Positions 51,988 to 62,421 of a stretch of 64,000 nt of DNA are shown here, in pieces; position 1 is the stretch's first letter; each line of letters opens with the position of its first letter. Under the pieces are notes generated by a model that did not search any database, was not told the origin of the DNA, and was given only the letters and a program-made list of their open reading frames with translations. Origin of the DNA: an uncultured delta proteobacterium (GTDB taxonomy: Bacteria > Desulfobacterota > Syntrophia > Syntrophales > UBA2185); NCBI GenBank assembly GCA_963695875.1, contig CAVOID010000009.1, forward strand, positions 128,001-192,000. The letters are read 5' to 3'. Both the position numbers and the translations under genes were made by a program.

Positions 51988-52759
51988 TCATTGCTTGTTT
52001 CCTTCCTTCGGACCGAAGGTATACTGATAGGCAATATAAAAGTTGTAGTAGTTCGGACCGTAGATATCCTGGCCCCCAGCCAGCAGTATATGGTGGTTAT
52101 CCGTCAGGTTTATGATGGCGCCGACGGTGTAGCCCTTACTCTCGTCGATATCGGCCTTGCTTGCTGTCTTGTAGTAGAGCTCTACTCCAAGGGTCAGCTT
52201 GTTTAGTGATCTCCCGCTGTACCAGCCAGCCGAAATACCACCAGTCCCTGTTGTCCTCGCCGGAAGTAAACCAGTAGCCCCCTCCCCCGTAAGTCGTCCA
52301 CGGCCCCCAGCTCTTCTGGAACCACAGGGGCAGGAAAAACTGGGTCTTGCCGTTCCCCAGTCCTCTCGAAGACTCGCCGGTGGGAATTTCCAGCAGTGGA
52401 AATGTCCCCACTTGAGGAAAATACTTCGTTTCCTGAATGAAGCGGTACTTGATGCCAACTTCCGTATCTCCGTAACCATATTGTGACGCCTCCCCTTCCG
52501 GCTTTGCATACTGCATCGGGGCAATCAGATGGACCTGGACATTCGGCAGAGCGCCATAGTTCACCTCCACGTGGGGCAGCGTGGCGGAGTTCTGGTCCCG
52601 GTCATGGCTGTATTGCGAGCCGAGATATAATTCCCAGTGCTTGTATTCCACCGGTTCCGGATCATCGGTCTTAAATGGCGGGCCGGCCAAAGCAGCCCTT
52701 GGCATCAGTGCAAGAACAAGCCAAAGTGCCGCAACAGCGAATATGCTTATTCGTTTCAT
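51988..52759 (-). pseudogene. Putative outer-membrane beta-barrel ('transporter' family); +1 frameshift near 52201
   Basis: Signal peptide ALA|GPPFKTDDPEP, GYGDTEVGIKYRF, EIPTG..GLGNG, tail YIAYQYTF. Confidence 0.78.
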
Positions 52760-53326
52760 TAAATCTGCTTTCCGATAGTGAAAGCCCTTGCCCAGATATT
52801 TTCCTACACCATAGTAGGATTGTATCTCCGGTCCAAAAAGTATCGGCCTCACTTTTTCCATATCCGGCAAACCATTTTCTCCGAGGACGGATTCCTCCGC
52901 TTTGACGTCCATGATCTCACCGATAAAGTGTGTGTGAATCCCGATTTCACTGGAGCCGAGCAGTTTGCATTCCAGAATCAGGGAAAATTCCTGTATATAA
53001 GGGGCATCCACCTTATCACTCTTTACGGCTGTTTGCTCGGCAGCGGAAAATTTGTCCACATTTCTCCCGGAAACCAGCCCGAAGTAGTCAGCTATTTTGA
53101 CCTGCGAAGCGGAAGGTACATTAACAGTGAATGCCTTGCGCTCCATAATGTTGCCGTAGGTATAGGTGGCCTTTCTTATGGAAACAGCCACACAGGGCGG
53201 GTTGGAACTGCAAACCCCTCCCCATGCTATGGTCATTACATTAGGTTCCCCGGCCTTGTTGTACGTCCCTATGACCCATACGGGTGTCGGATAAATCAGC
53301 GTCCTCGCACCGAATGATTTTTTCAT
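52759..53326 (-). CDS. Flavin reductase (flavoredoxin-like); apparent fusion to the next gene comes from one extra G
   Basis: PTPVWVIGT, NVMTIAW, DYFGLVSG, HTHFIGEI; removing a G near 52786 gives GKAFTIGKQI-stop with a TAATG overlap. Confidence 0.88.
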
Positions 53327-53356
53327 AAGTTCACCTTTTAATTTAATATTCAATCT

Positions 53357-53413
53357 ACTTTAATGGAATTGAGCCGATGACACAATGGTAGTTTTATGAA
53401 TGTAGAATGGTAG
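53357..53413 (-). promoter_or_regulatory. Promoter with degenerate direct-repeat box
   Basis: CTACCAT-tcta-CATTCAT-N10-TTGTGT-N17-TAAAGT. Confidence 0.5.
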
Positions 53414-53528
53414 AATAATGCTCCTATCGATGCCTGCCCCATTTTATTTTTTCCTTGTTTTTTTACGGGAGGCGATTATACGATAAAAAAACAGTGAAAT
53501 GTTTCATTCTCAAACAGGAGGAAAGGTC

Positions 53529-54101
53529 ATGGACATATTCACCACAATCAGGGAACGGCGAAGCTGCAGGAGTTACCTGCCCGATCCGATCAGTGACGAA
53601 GTGATTGAGAAAATCCTGGAGGCTGCCGTCTGGGCGCCGTCGGCGGCTAATAATCAGCCCTGGGAGTTTATCGTTGTTTCAAACAAGTCTGTCAAAAAGG
53701 AAATCTCTTCGGAATCTGAGAAATGCAGAAAAATTTTGTTTGAAAAAAGCGGGTGGAAGTGGGTTGACCGATACAGGGTCAACTTTCTCGAAGAGGCGCC
53801 TGTGGTTATAGCCGTAGTAGGAGATCCTCAGAAGACCGGAGCGGACATGTTCCTGGAAGGAGGCGGCCTGGCCTATCGAGACGGGTGTGCAGCGGCCATA
53901 CAGAACTTGCTTCTTGCGGCCCGTGCCCTCGAACTGGGAACACTCTGGTTTACCCTCTTTGACAAGGAAGCTATTCGGAGAATCCTCAAGCTCGATACGG
54001 CAAAAGAACCTCTGGCCCTTATATGCCTCGGTAAAGCGGCAGCCGTAACTGCCCCGCCTCCCAGAAGAGTTGTCGCGGAAAAGACGGTTTATCTTCGTTG
54101 A
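53529..54101 (+). CDS. Nitroreductase family protein
   Basis: RRSCRSY, APSAANNQPW, IQNLLLAA..LGTLW. Confidence 0.92.
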   Translation: MDIFTTIRERRSCRSYLPDPISDEVIEKILEAAVWAPSAANNQPWEFIVVSNKSVKKEISSESEKCRKILFEKSGWKWVDRYRVNFLEEAPVVIAVVGDPQKTGADMFLEGGGLAYRDGCAAAIQNLLLAARALELGTLWFTLFDKEAIRRILKLDTAKEPLALICLGKAAAVTAPPPRRVVAEKTVYLR

Positions 54102-54119
54102 TTTATCATTATTCCGGCA

Positions 54120-54338
54120 GTGTATGTGATGAAATATAAAGATCTATGCAGAATATGTGAAAAAGAAAAGGTTTTTGCAAAATGTTTAGGATGCGAAAAG
54201 CCTCTATGTGAACAGTGCGCCTTTTTTGAGCTGATAGGTTCAGGCTGCGGGTGCGTCTGGCCTGTATACTACTGCTTCACGTGTGCGCATGACCAGATGA
54301 TCAACCCGAACGCCGTATTTAGAGATCCGGACGCATAG
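54120..54338 (+). CDS. Small 10-Cys zinc-finger-like protein
   Basis: Four CxxC pairs plus GCGC. Confidence 0.75.
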   Translation: MYVMKYKDLCRICEKEKVFAKCLGCEKPLCEQCAFFELIGSGCGCVWPVYYCFTCAHDQMINPNAVFRDPDA

Positions 54339-54486
54339 TGCATCATTTCATTCAGTTGGCGACATCGACTGGGTCCAGGGAACTAGGAATCGATGATATT
54401 ATAGATTTCTCAGTCACTCCGTTCCTTCGAAATGACACCCCTTTTACATGTGGCACGGGCCAGGCAGCTTGTCTGCCCGATAGGAG

Positions 54487-54828
54487 GTGACAGTGGAATT
54501 TCTTATAAAATTGCTTGTGAGTGTCGCAATTATAATTGTATGCACACAAATCGGCCGTAAATTTCCCTCCCTCAGCGGCCTCATCGCCACCATGCCGATC
54601 ATAAGCGTGATCATCCTCGTCTGGATATATACAGACAACCCGGGAGATTTCAAACTGATGGAAAATTTTACAAGGGCGGCTCTGTGGGGGATTCTGCCGA
54701 GCATCCTGTTCTTTATCGTTGCGTATATATGCTTCATGAGGCATTATCCCCTCGGCATCGTTCTTTGCGCGAGTTTCGGCACCTGGCTGATGGGAGCGTT
54801 TGTTCACCAATGGTTTCTGCGAAGGTGA
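54487..54828 (+). CDS. DUF3147-like 4-TM protein
   Basis: PSLSGLIATMPIIS, WGILPS; AGGAG RBS. Confidence 0.8.
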   Translation: MTVEFLIKLLVSVAIIIVCTQIGRKFPSLSGLIATMPIISVIILVWIYTDNPGDFKLMENFTRAALWGILPSILFFIVAYICFMRHYPLGIVLCASFGTWLMGAFVHQWFLRR

Positions 54829-54836
54829 GATAAAGA

Positions 54837-55546
54837 TTGACATCTATTCAACCCGGCAATTACAAGAGCATTGTTTTTTTCACTGGAGCGGGAATGTCCG
54901 CCGAGAGCGGCGTTCCCACATACCGCGGCAGGGGAGGAGTCTGGAGCCAATACAGGTGGGAAGAATACGCCTGCCAGGAGGCTTTTGACGGGGATCCGGA
55001 GAAGGTGCTCAAGTTTCATGAATTGAGAAGACAAGTCGGTGCTTGACATGCGCACCCCATGCGGGGCACTACGTGATTGCAGAATTGGAAAAAGGGCATC
55101 CTAATGTCCGTGTAGTCACACAGAATATCGACGGAATGCACCAGCGGGCGGGAAGCCTGAATGTCACAGAATTGCACGGCAGTCTCTGGCGTCTGCGGTG
55201 CTCTGCGCATGGAGTTTTCGAGGATATCGGTGAAGTTTACGAAAGTTTCAAATGTGAACAATGCGGCCACTGGCTCCGGCCCGATATTACATGGTTTGGC
55301 GACATGCTTGATCAAGACGTCATCAACGAAGCTAATTTAATAATAAGGCAGTGTGACCTTTTCATCAGTATCGGCACGTCGGGGATTGTATGGCCCGCTG
55401 CCGGTTTCCCGAAAATCGCAAGGGAAAACGGCGCATATTGCATAGAAATCAACCCGGAGCCAAATGAATTGTCACATTTGTATGACATAACCATGCGGGA
55501 AGCAGCGGGACGCGCATTACCGACGCTTTTCGCGGGCGATATATGA
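54837..55546 (+). pseudogene. cobB: Sir2/CobB NAD-dependent deacylase; +1 frameshift near 55032
   Basis: TGAGMSAESGVPTYRG, TQNIDGMHQRAG, ELHGS, LRPDITWFG, GTSGIVWPAA. Confidence 0.9.
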
Positions 55547-55825
55547 ATCAACGCCGCAACTAATCTGCAATTTTTCGAAGACCTCACATGCACCCGTGAC
55601 GAAATATCCATCAGCAAAATTATACCCCTTCCTTTCAGTGGTTATCGTTTACGATTTACTATCTGGCTTAGCAAACTGTTATTGACTAACAGGACTGCTT
55701 TTTATTATATTATTTGGAATGTAATTTATTTACTAAGATACTGACGAAAAATTTCATAATCCGTCATTTGAGCAAAGAGGTTGCGTCGTAATTGGTCATT
55801 TTTTAAAAAAGTTGCGGAGGATCAA

Positions 55826-56002
55826 ATGAGAAAAGACGGCCGGAAACGGCGCGTGGTAAAGGAAGACGCTGCAGTCGCGGGTGATAGGACAGGCGGAGAC
55901 AGTTCCCCTGTCATCGTGGTAGGTATTGGTGCCTCGGCAGGAGGGCTTAAGTCGCTGAAGCAGCTATTCGCAAAGATGCCAACCGGGCGCGGCGTGGCGT
56001 GA
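55826..56002 (+). pseudogene. CheB methylesterase N-terminal fragment
   Basis: VVGIGASAGGL; ends abruptly where the PAS frame begins. Confidence 0.8.
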
Positions 56003-59000
56003 ACGAGGCAACTGAGCAGATAACCGGCCGAACCCGAAGGGAATTGATAGGAACAGACTTTTCAGACTACTTCACGGACCCCTCCTCCGCACAGACGGGC
56101 TATCGGAATGTCCTTGCCGACGGCCAGGTGCGAGATTACCCGTTAACAATTCGTCACAAGTCAGGAAATACGACCGCCGTACTGTATAACGCGACTGTCT
56201 ACCGTAACCAGGCGGGTGAAGTACAGGGCGTATTCGCGGCTGCCCGCGATGTCACTGAACTCAAGCGGGTGGAGTCGGCTCTTAAGAAAGCCAACGAGAC
56301 CCTTGAGCAGCGGGTGATGGAGCGCACGGCAGAGCTACACGAATCCCGGCACCGGCTGGCGGTAATTGTGGACAGCATCGCCGACGGCTTCTTCGCCATC
56401 GACCGGGAATGGCGCTTCACGCATGTCAACGACGAGGCCCTCCGTCATTTCCACAAGAAACGCGAGGACGTGGTGGGGCATGCGTTCCTTGACGTCTTTC
56501 CGGAGGCCCGCGGCGGCATTTTCGAGACAGAATACGGCAGTGCCATGGAGAGCGGCGAACCTGTTCACTTTGAGTCCCCTTCGCTCGTCTCGGATCTTAC
56601 AGTGGAAGTACATGCCTACCCCGGCCCAGAAAACTTGACGGTCCTGTTTCGCGATATTACGGAAAAGCATCGCATGGCAACAGCCCTGCGCGAGGCCCGC
56701 GACAGGGCGGAATGGCTGGCGCGGTTTCCCGACGAGAACCCCAACCCGGTCATGCGCGTGTTAGCCGATGGAAATGTTCTCTACTGCAATCCGGCGGCGG
56801 CGGAGATACCAGGATGGTCGTGCGAGGTCGGTGAGCAATTGTCTGATCCCTTTCTAGCCCTCATCGAAAGGGCTACGATCGAAAGACAGGAGATACAGCA
56901 GGACGTGGAAATGGGTGAACAGTTCTACTCGATTGCCGTTGTGCCGATCCCCGGGGAAGGCTACGCCAACGTCTACGGTCGCGACATCACCGAGCGCAAA
57001 CAGGCCGCGGATGCATTGCAGACAGCGCTTCAACGCCTTCATGCTTTGGTTTCGAACATACATAACAGTATTCTGTTTGTGGGAGAAGACGGGATTGAGT
57101 TGGCCAATCAGGCGTTCTGCGACTATTTTGAATTGCAGGCTTCACCCGCATACCTGATCGGACTCACTCCGCGTAAACTGATAGAAAAAATAAAGAATGC
57201 TTATCTCCATCCTGAGGAGGAAGTAACCCGCATCCGGGAAATCGTTGGCCGGGGACAAAATGTAATAGGCGAAGAAATTACCATGCAGGACGGGCGGACG
57301 TGCCTACGGGATTTCATCCCCATACACGTAGATGGAAAATCATACGGCCGCCTATGGTGTCACACTGACATCACCGGCCGCAAGCAACTTGAACTAATGC
57401 TGCAAAGGAATCTGAAAGAGCATCAGATTATTCTCAATTCCGTGCCGGCAATGGTTTTTTACAAGGACAGGGAGAATCGTTTCATCCGCACCAATAAAGC
57501 GTTTGAAGGCGTGATGCAGCTACCGAAAGAGGCATTGGAAGGCAAATCCTTGTTTGATCTGTATCCGCAGGAGCAGGCCGAGGCCTACTGGAAGGATGAT
57601 CAAGAGGTAATGGCCTCAGGCAAGGCAAAAAGCGGCATTGTCGAACCTATGCAGACACCCGCAGGAGCAAGATTAGTGCAAACCGATAAAGTTCCTTATG
57701 TCGATGAAAAAGGCAATGTGATCGGGGTGATTGGTTTTGCTGTTGATATCACTGAACAAAGGCAGGCGGAGGAAGCTCTGCGCGATAGCGAATCCCGCTT
57801 CCGCCTTCTCTCAGCAACCGCCGGGCGGCTGCTTCGCGCCGAAGATCCCCAGACCATAGTTGAGGGCCTTTGCCGGAACGTCATGACGCACATGGACTGC
57901 CAGGCGTTCTTCAACTTCCTGGTGGATGAGAAGGCCGGCAGGCTTCGTCTAAACACATGTGCCGGTATCCCTGAAGAAGATGTCCGTGTCATTGAATGGC
58001 TGGACTACGGCGTTGCCGTCTGCGGGTGTGTGGCCCGGGACCGGACGCGTATCATCGCCGAAGACATCTTCCATACTCCCGACGTGAGAACCGACCTGAT
58101 CAAATCCTTCGGCATCCAGGCCTACTGCTGTCACCCGTTGATGGCCCAGGACCACCTCATCGGCACGCTGTCTTTCGGTACAAAGACCCGGCAGCACTTT
58201 ACCCCTGAAGAGGTGGAATTAATGCGGATGGTAACCGACCAGGTCGCCGTCGCCATGCAGCGCAAGCAGACCGAGCAAATGGTTTTGCATGCCAAACAGG
58301 AATGGGAGCGAACATTCGACGCCGTGCCGGACCTGATTGCCATCCTGGATGACCACCACCACATCCTGCGTGCCAATAAAGCCATGGCTGAGCGATTGGG
58401 GGTAGCGCCGCAACAGTGTGTCGGGGAAACCTGCCACAAGGCGGTGCACGGTCTTGACTACCCGCCGGACTTCTGCCCTCACACCCTCGCCCTGGCTGAC
58501 GGCCAGGAACATGTGGAGGAGGTACATGAAGATTGCCTAGGCGGCGATTTCCTGGTGAGCGCCACGCCGCTGACTGACGAGCTGGGCCGGCTTATCGGTT
58601 CCGTTCATGTCGCCCGCGACATCACCAAGCGAAAGCAGGCCGAGCAGATTCTCCTGGAACGGACGGCAGAACTGGAGGCGCTAAACAGGGAACTGGAGAG
58701 CTTCAGCTATTCTGTATCCCACGACCTGCGTGCCCCCCTGCGTGCCATCGACGGCTATGCGCGTTCGATCTTAAAGAAACAGGAGGATAAGTTTGACGAA
58801 GATACCAAACGCAGATTCAATGACATAAGGTTGAATGCCAAAATGATGGGCCAGCTCATCGACGATCTCCTGGCCTTCTCACGCCTGGGCAAGAAACATA
58901 TGTCTATATCGAAGCTGGACATGGATGCCGTTATAATGGATGTGTGGAAAGAACTGCAAACTGCCAATCCCGAAAGGGACATGAAGCTGACCCTTAACAG

Positions 59001-59358
59001 CATGCCTCGCGGCTACGGGGACAGGACGCTCATTAAACAGGTCTATTTCAACCTTCTTTCGAACGCCGTTAAATTTACGAAGTTTCGGGATGCCGCACAT
59101 ATTGAAGCTGGCGGCTACACCGAGGGAAATGAGGATGTGTATTATCTAAAGGATAACGGTGTCGGCTTCGACATGGCGTATTATGATAAACTGTTCGGCG
59201 TGTTCCAGCGTCTTCATAATCCAGATGATTTTGAGGGGACCGGCGTCGGTCTGGCTACTATCCAGCGTATCGTACACAGGCATGAGGGCCGTGTCTGGGC
59301 GGAAGGCAAAGTAGATGAAGGGGCGACTTTCTATTTTTCGCTTCCGCGGAAGGGGTGA
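55999..59358 (+). CDS. Multi-PAS/GAF sensor histidine kinase, 5'-truncated
   Basis: Repeated PAC xRDITE/xK, GAF, SHDLRAPLR, NLLSNAVKF, DNGVGF, GVGLA. Confidence 0.92.
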   Translation: MNEATEQITGRTRRELIGTDFSDYFTDPSSAQTGYRNVLADGQVRDYPLTIRHKSGNTTAVLYNATVYRNQAGEVQGVFAAARDVTELKRVESALKKANETLEQRVMERTAELHESRHRLAVIVDSIADGFFAIDREWRFTHVNDEALRHFHKKREDVVGHAFLDVFPEARGGIFETEYGSAMESGEPVHFESPSLVSDLTVEVHAYPGPENLTVLFRDITEKHRMATALREARDRAEWLARFPDENPNPVMRVLADGNVLYCNPAAAEIPGWSCEVGEQLSDPFLALIERATIERQEIQQDVEMGEQFYSIAVVPIPGEGYANVYGRDITERKQAADALQTALQRLHALVSNIHNSILFVGEDGIELANQAFCDYFELQASPAYLIGLTPRKLIEKIKNAYLHPEEEVTRIREIVGRGQNVIGEEITMQDGRTCLRDFIPIHVDGKSYGRLWCHTDITGRKQLELMLQRNLKEHQIILNSVPAMVFYKDRENRFIRTNKAFEGVMQLPKEALEGKSLFDLYPQEQAEAYWKDDQEVMASGKAKSGIVEPMQTPAGARLVQTDKVPYVDEKGNVIGVIGFAVDITEQRQAEEALRDSESRFRLLSATAGRLLRAEDPQTIVEGLCRNVMTHMDCQAFFNFLVDEKAGRLRLNTCAGIPEEDVRVIEWLDYGVAVCGCVARDRTRIIAEDIFHTPDVRTDLIKSFGIQAYCCHPLMAQDHLIGTLSFGTKTRQHFTPEEVELMRMVTDQVAVAMQRKQTEQMVLHAKQEWERTFDAVPDLIAILDDHHHILRANKAMAERLGVAPQQCVGETCHKAVHGLDYPPDFCPHTLALADGQEHVEEVHEDCLGGDFLVSATPLTDELGRLIGSVHVARDITKRKQAEQILLERTAELEALNRELESFSYSVSHDLRAPLRAIDGYARSILKKQEDKFDEDTKRRFNDIRLNAKMMGQLIDDLLAFSRLGKKHMSISKLDMDAVIMDVWKELQTANPERDMKLTLNSMPRGYGDRTLIKQVYFNLLSNAVKFTKFRDAAHIEAGGYTEGNEDVYYLKDNGVGFDMAYYDKLFGVFQRLHNPDDFEGTGVGLATIQRIVHRHEGRVWAEGKVDEGATFYFSLPRKG

Positions 59359-59369
59359 TCGAGGTAACA

Positions 59370-62345
59370 ATGACAGAACAGGCAAAATGTCCGGCGCCAA
59401 TGCTGGCCACGGGGGATAGGCTTTACGGGTTTCGGGTGCTGCGGGTCGAACAAATCCCTGAAATACGGATAACCGCGTACGAAATGGAACATGATAGAAC
59501 CGGTGCAAAGGTCATTCACCTTCACTGCGATGACCGTGAGAATCTCTATTCCATCGGCTTCCGAACTCCAGCACCTGATTCCACGGGTGTGCCACACATT
59601 CTCGAACATTCAGTACTTGCCGGTTCGGAAAGGTATCCTCTCAAGGATGTTTTCAATGAATTAATGAGGGGAACGCTCCAGACCTTCATCAACGCCTTTA
59701 CCTATCCCGATAAGACAATATACCCCGTGGCCAGCCAGGTGCGGGTTGATTATTTTAACCTCGCCCGTGTGTATACGGATCTTGTGCTCAGGCCACGGCT
59801 GCTGAAGGAAACATTCTTTCAGGAAGGTCATCACCTGGAATTTGTCAATCCCGAAGATACCGGAAGCGAGCTTACCATCTCGGGAATCGTCTACAACGAG
59901 ATGAAGGGCGCATATTCCTCGCCCGAATCCCTGATGTACAAAGCCATCCAGGAACATCTCTATCCCGATACGACATATTCCTTCGATTCGGGAGGAAACC
60001 CGGATAATATTCCGCTCCTTACATACGAGCAGTTCAAGGCATTTCACCGGGCTTACTACTCGCCAACCAATGCGCGCTTCTTCCTTTACGGTGACATACC
60101 GCCGACGGATCACATGGCATTTTTGGCCGAGATGCTGGCAGGGTTTGATCGTGTGGCAGTAGACTCAGCAATTAAAAGTCAGGCAAGATGGCAACAACCA
60201 TCTTCAATACATGGTACCTACCCTATTGGAAATGAAGACAAGCCCGCGGGAAAAACAGTCATCAATACTGCATGGACGATGGCGGAAAACACTGATTACG
60301 AAACAGCCATTCTCCTTCAAATTACAGCCGGAATGCTGGTTGGAAGTGCCGCCGGGCCTCTTCGCAAGGCCCTCATCGATTCCGGACTTGGTGAAGACCT
60401 GTCTCCCATCACCGGCGTGGAGAATGATCTGAAGCAGATTGCATTCGTCGTGGGGCTGCGGGGAACAGACCCGGATAAAGCTCTGCGTATCGAAGAATTG
60501 ATCATCAATACGTTAAAAAACATCGCAAAATCAGGCTTTGACCGGGAATTGATCGAAGGCACCCTTCACCAGGTTGAATTCCACGGCAAGGAGATTGTGC
60601 GCAGCGCATACCCATATGGGATCGTACTCATGGGAAGAGCCTACCATACCTGGCTGTATGACGGAGATCCCCTCGAAGGCTTGAACTTCGCCCGCGTCAT
60701 CGAAAAAATACGAAAGAAGTGGGAAGCCAAACCTGAGCTTTTTCAGGACATCGTCCGGAAGTGGTTTCTTGACAACCCCCACCGACTGCTCTCCGTAATG
60801 GAGCCCAGCAAGACCTATCAGGCGGAGCAGGAGGAAAGATTCAAAAAAAAGATGGCCCGGCTCAAGTCATCACTATCCGGCAAGGAACTGGAAAAGATCC
60901 GGCAAGATGCTTATAACCTGAAAAAATATCAGACTGAATCGGACTTACCCGAAGCCGCGGCAAAACTTCCTAAACTGAATATCAGCGATATCACCCGGGA
61001 AATAGAGACAATCCCCACGGTCAAGTCGGCTATTGAAAACGTGCCGGCCATGATTCATGACATATTCACCAATGGCATTGCCTATCTTGATCTGGCATTT
61101 GATGTATCCGATCTGCATGAAGACATCCAGCCATACCTCCCGCTTTTGGGAAAGCTGATCACAAACATGGGGGCGGCAGGTTTGGACTATGAGGAGATGG
61201 CAAAGCGCATTGTATCGAAGACAGGGGGAATCAGTTATCTCCTGTCGGCAGGTCTGTCAGCGGATGGTAAAAAAAACTGGCAGAAGATGATCTTTCGCAT
61301 CAAGGCACTCCATCGAAATGTCAAAGATGCGATCAACATCATCTCGGACATCCTGACATCCGGAGACATGTCGAATGAATCAAGGATGCGCGAACTAATC
61401 ACGGAGAAGAGGAATGACCTTCAGGCAGCAGTTGTTCCTTCAGGCCATGTTTTCGCACGACGGTCAGCCGGCTCAGCTCTGTCCGTGCCGGCGTACCGCG
61501 ATGAACAGTGGCACGGAAGGACACAGCTTAAGATTGTCAACAGCATCGCTGATCAATTTAACGAAATAAAGGGCGAGTTGCTGGGTAAGCTGACTGTCCT
61601 TCAAAATATGGTATTCCGAAAAGGGAGGCTTTACATTAATTTAACGGCAGATTCAGAAGGAATCTCTCTCTTGTCGGAAAGCACAGCTGATCTGGTCAGG
61701 CGTTTATCCGGCGATGGAGGCATAGGAAACCCGAGTACCCCGGCTCTCTCACCCATCCATGCCGGGATTGTCATTCCAGCACAGGTCTCATATGTGGCCA
61801 AGGTCCTTTCCGCACCGGCATATGCCGATCCGCTTTCCCCATCTCTGCTTGTGCTGGCTCGACAGTTGTCAACCGGGTATCTGTACAAACATATCAGGGT
61901 TCAGGGCGGTGCCTATGGGGGCATGTCACAATATGACCTGACGAGCGGCACCTTCGCCTTACTCTCATACAGAGACCCCAATATCGTTAATACCCTCAAT
62001 GTTTACCGCGGCGCCGCGGATTTCGCATCCCGGAATAAAATTTCGAGGGAAGAACTTGAAAAAACCATAATAGGAACAATCGGTTCTCTTGACAAACCCA
62101 TGGATCCGTCGAGCCGCGGATACATTGCGATGATTCGCGATTTTACAGGTATCACAGACAACGACCGCCTGAAATTCAGAAACAATATCCTCGGCATGAC
62201 GCCGGAGATATTGCTGGAGGACGCTTCCCGTTACTTCGCTTCTGCCGGCGATTCCGCGGTGGTGGCCGTATACGCCTCACAAGATAGTCTTGAGAAAGCC
62301 AATAAATTACTGGAGCCAAAACTTATGTTGGAGACATTGATATGA
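59370..62345 (+). CDS. M16C peptidase (presequence protease/PreP-like)
   Basis: GVPHILEHSVL, NAFTYPDKT, IRVQGGAYGG, SYRDP. Confidence 0.94.
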   Translation: MTEQAKCPAPMLATGDRLYGFRVLRVEQIPEIRITAYEMEHDRTGAKVIHLHCDDRENLYSIGFRTPAPDSTGVPHILEHSVLAGSERYPLKDVFNELMRGTLQTFINAFTYPDKTIYPVASQVRVDYFNLARVYTDLVLRPRLLKETFFQEGHHLEFVNPEDTGSELTISGIVYNEMKGAYSSPESLMYKAIQEHLYPDTTYSFDSGGNPDNIPLLTYEQFKAFHRAYYSPTNARFFLYGDIPPTDHMAFLAEMLAGFDRVAVDSAIKSQARWQQPSSIHGTYPIGNEDKPAGKTVINTAWTMAENTDYETAILLQITAGMLVGSAAGPLRKALIDSGLGEDLSPITGVENDLKQIAFVVGLRGTDPDKALRIEELIINTLKNIAKSGFDRELIEGTLHQVEFHGKEIVRSAYPYGIVLMGRAYHTWLYDGDPLEGLNFARVIEKIRKKWEAKPELFQDIVRKWFLDNPHRLLSVMEPSKTYQAEQEERFKKKMARLKSSLSGKELEKIRQDAYNLKKYQTESDLPEAAAKLPKLNISDITREIETIPTVKSAIENVPAMIHDIFTNGIAYLDLAFDVSDLHEDIQPYLPLLGKLITNMGAAGLDYEEMAKRIVSKTGGISYLLSAGLSADGKKNWQKMIFRIKALHRNVKDAINIISDILTSGDMSNESRMRELITEKRNDLQAAVVPSGHVFARRSAGSALSVPAYRDEQWHGRTQLKIVNSIADQFNEIKGELLGKLTVLQNMVFRKGRLYINLTADSEGISLLSESTADLVRRLSGDGGIGNPSTPALSPIHAGIVIPAQVSYVAKVLSAPAYADPLSPSLLVLARQLSTGYLYKHIRVQGGAYGGMSQYDLTSGTFALLSYRDPNIVNTLNVYRGAADFASRNKISREELEKTIIGTIGSLDKPMDPSSRGYIAMIRDFTGITDNDRLKFRNNILGMTPEILLEDASRYFASAGDSAVVAVYASQDSLEKANKLLEPKLMLETLI

Positions 62346-62421
62346 TTTTTCATAGGGCGTCTCCCATCGAGAAGAGAAGCAGGGATTATGAAAGCAATGC
62401 TTCCGTATAAAGTGATCCATA

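Noticed and set aside
52136..53353. Novel flavin reductase-barrel fusion (405-aa ORF)
   Set aside because: Removing one G restores a normal C-terminus and a TAATG overlap with a signal-peptide gene
55030..55050. TGA in cobB as selenocysteine/readthrough
   Set aside because: The downstream half is in another frame; one extra base explains it
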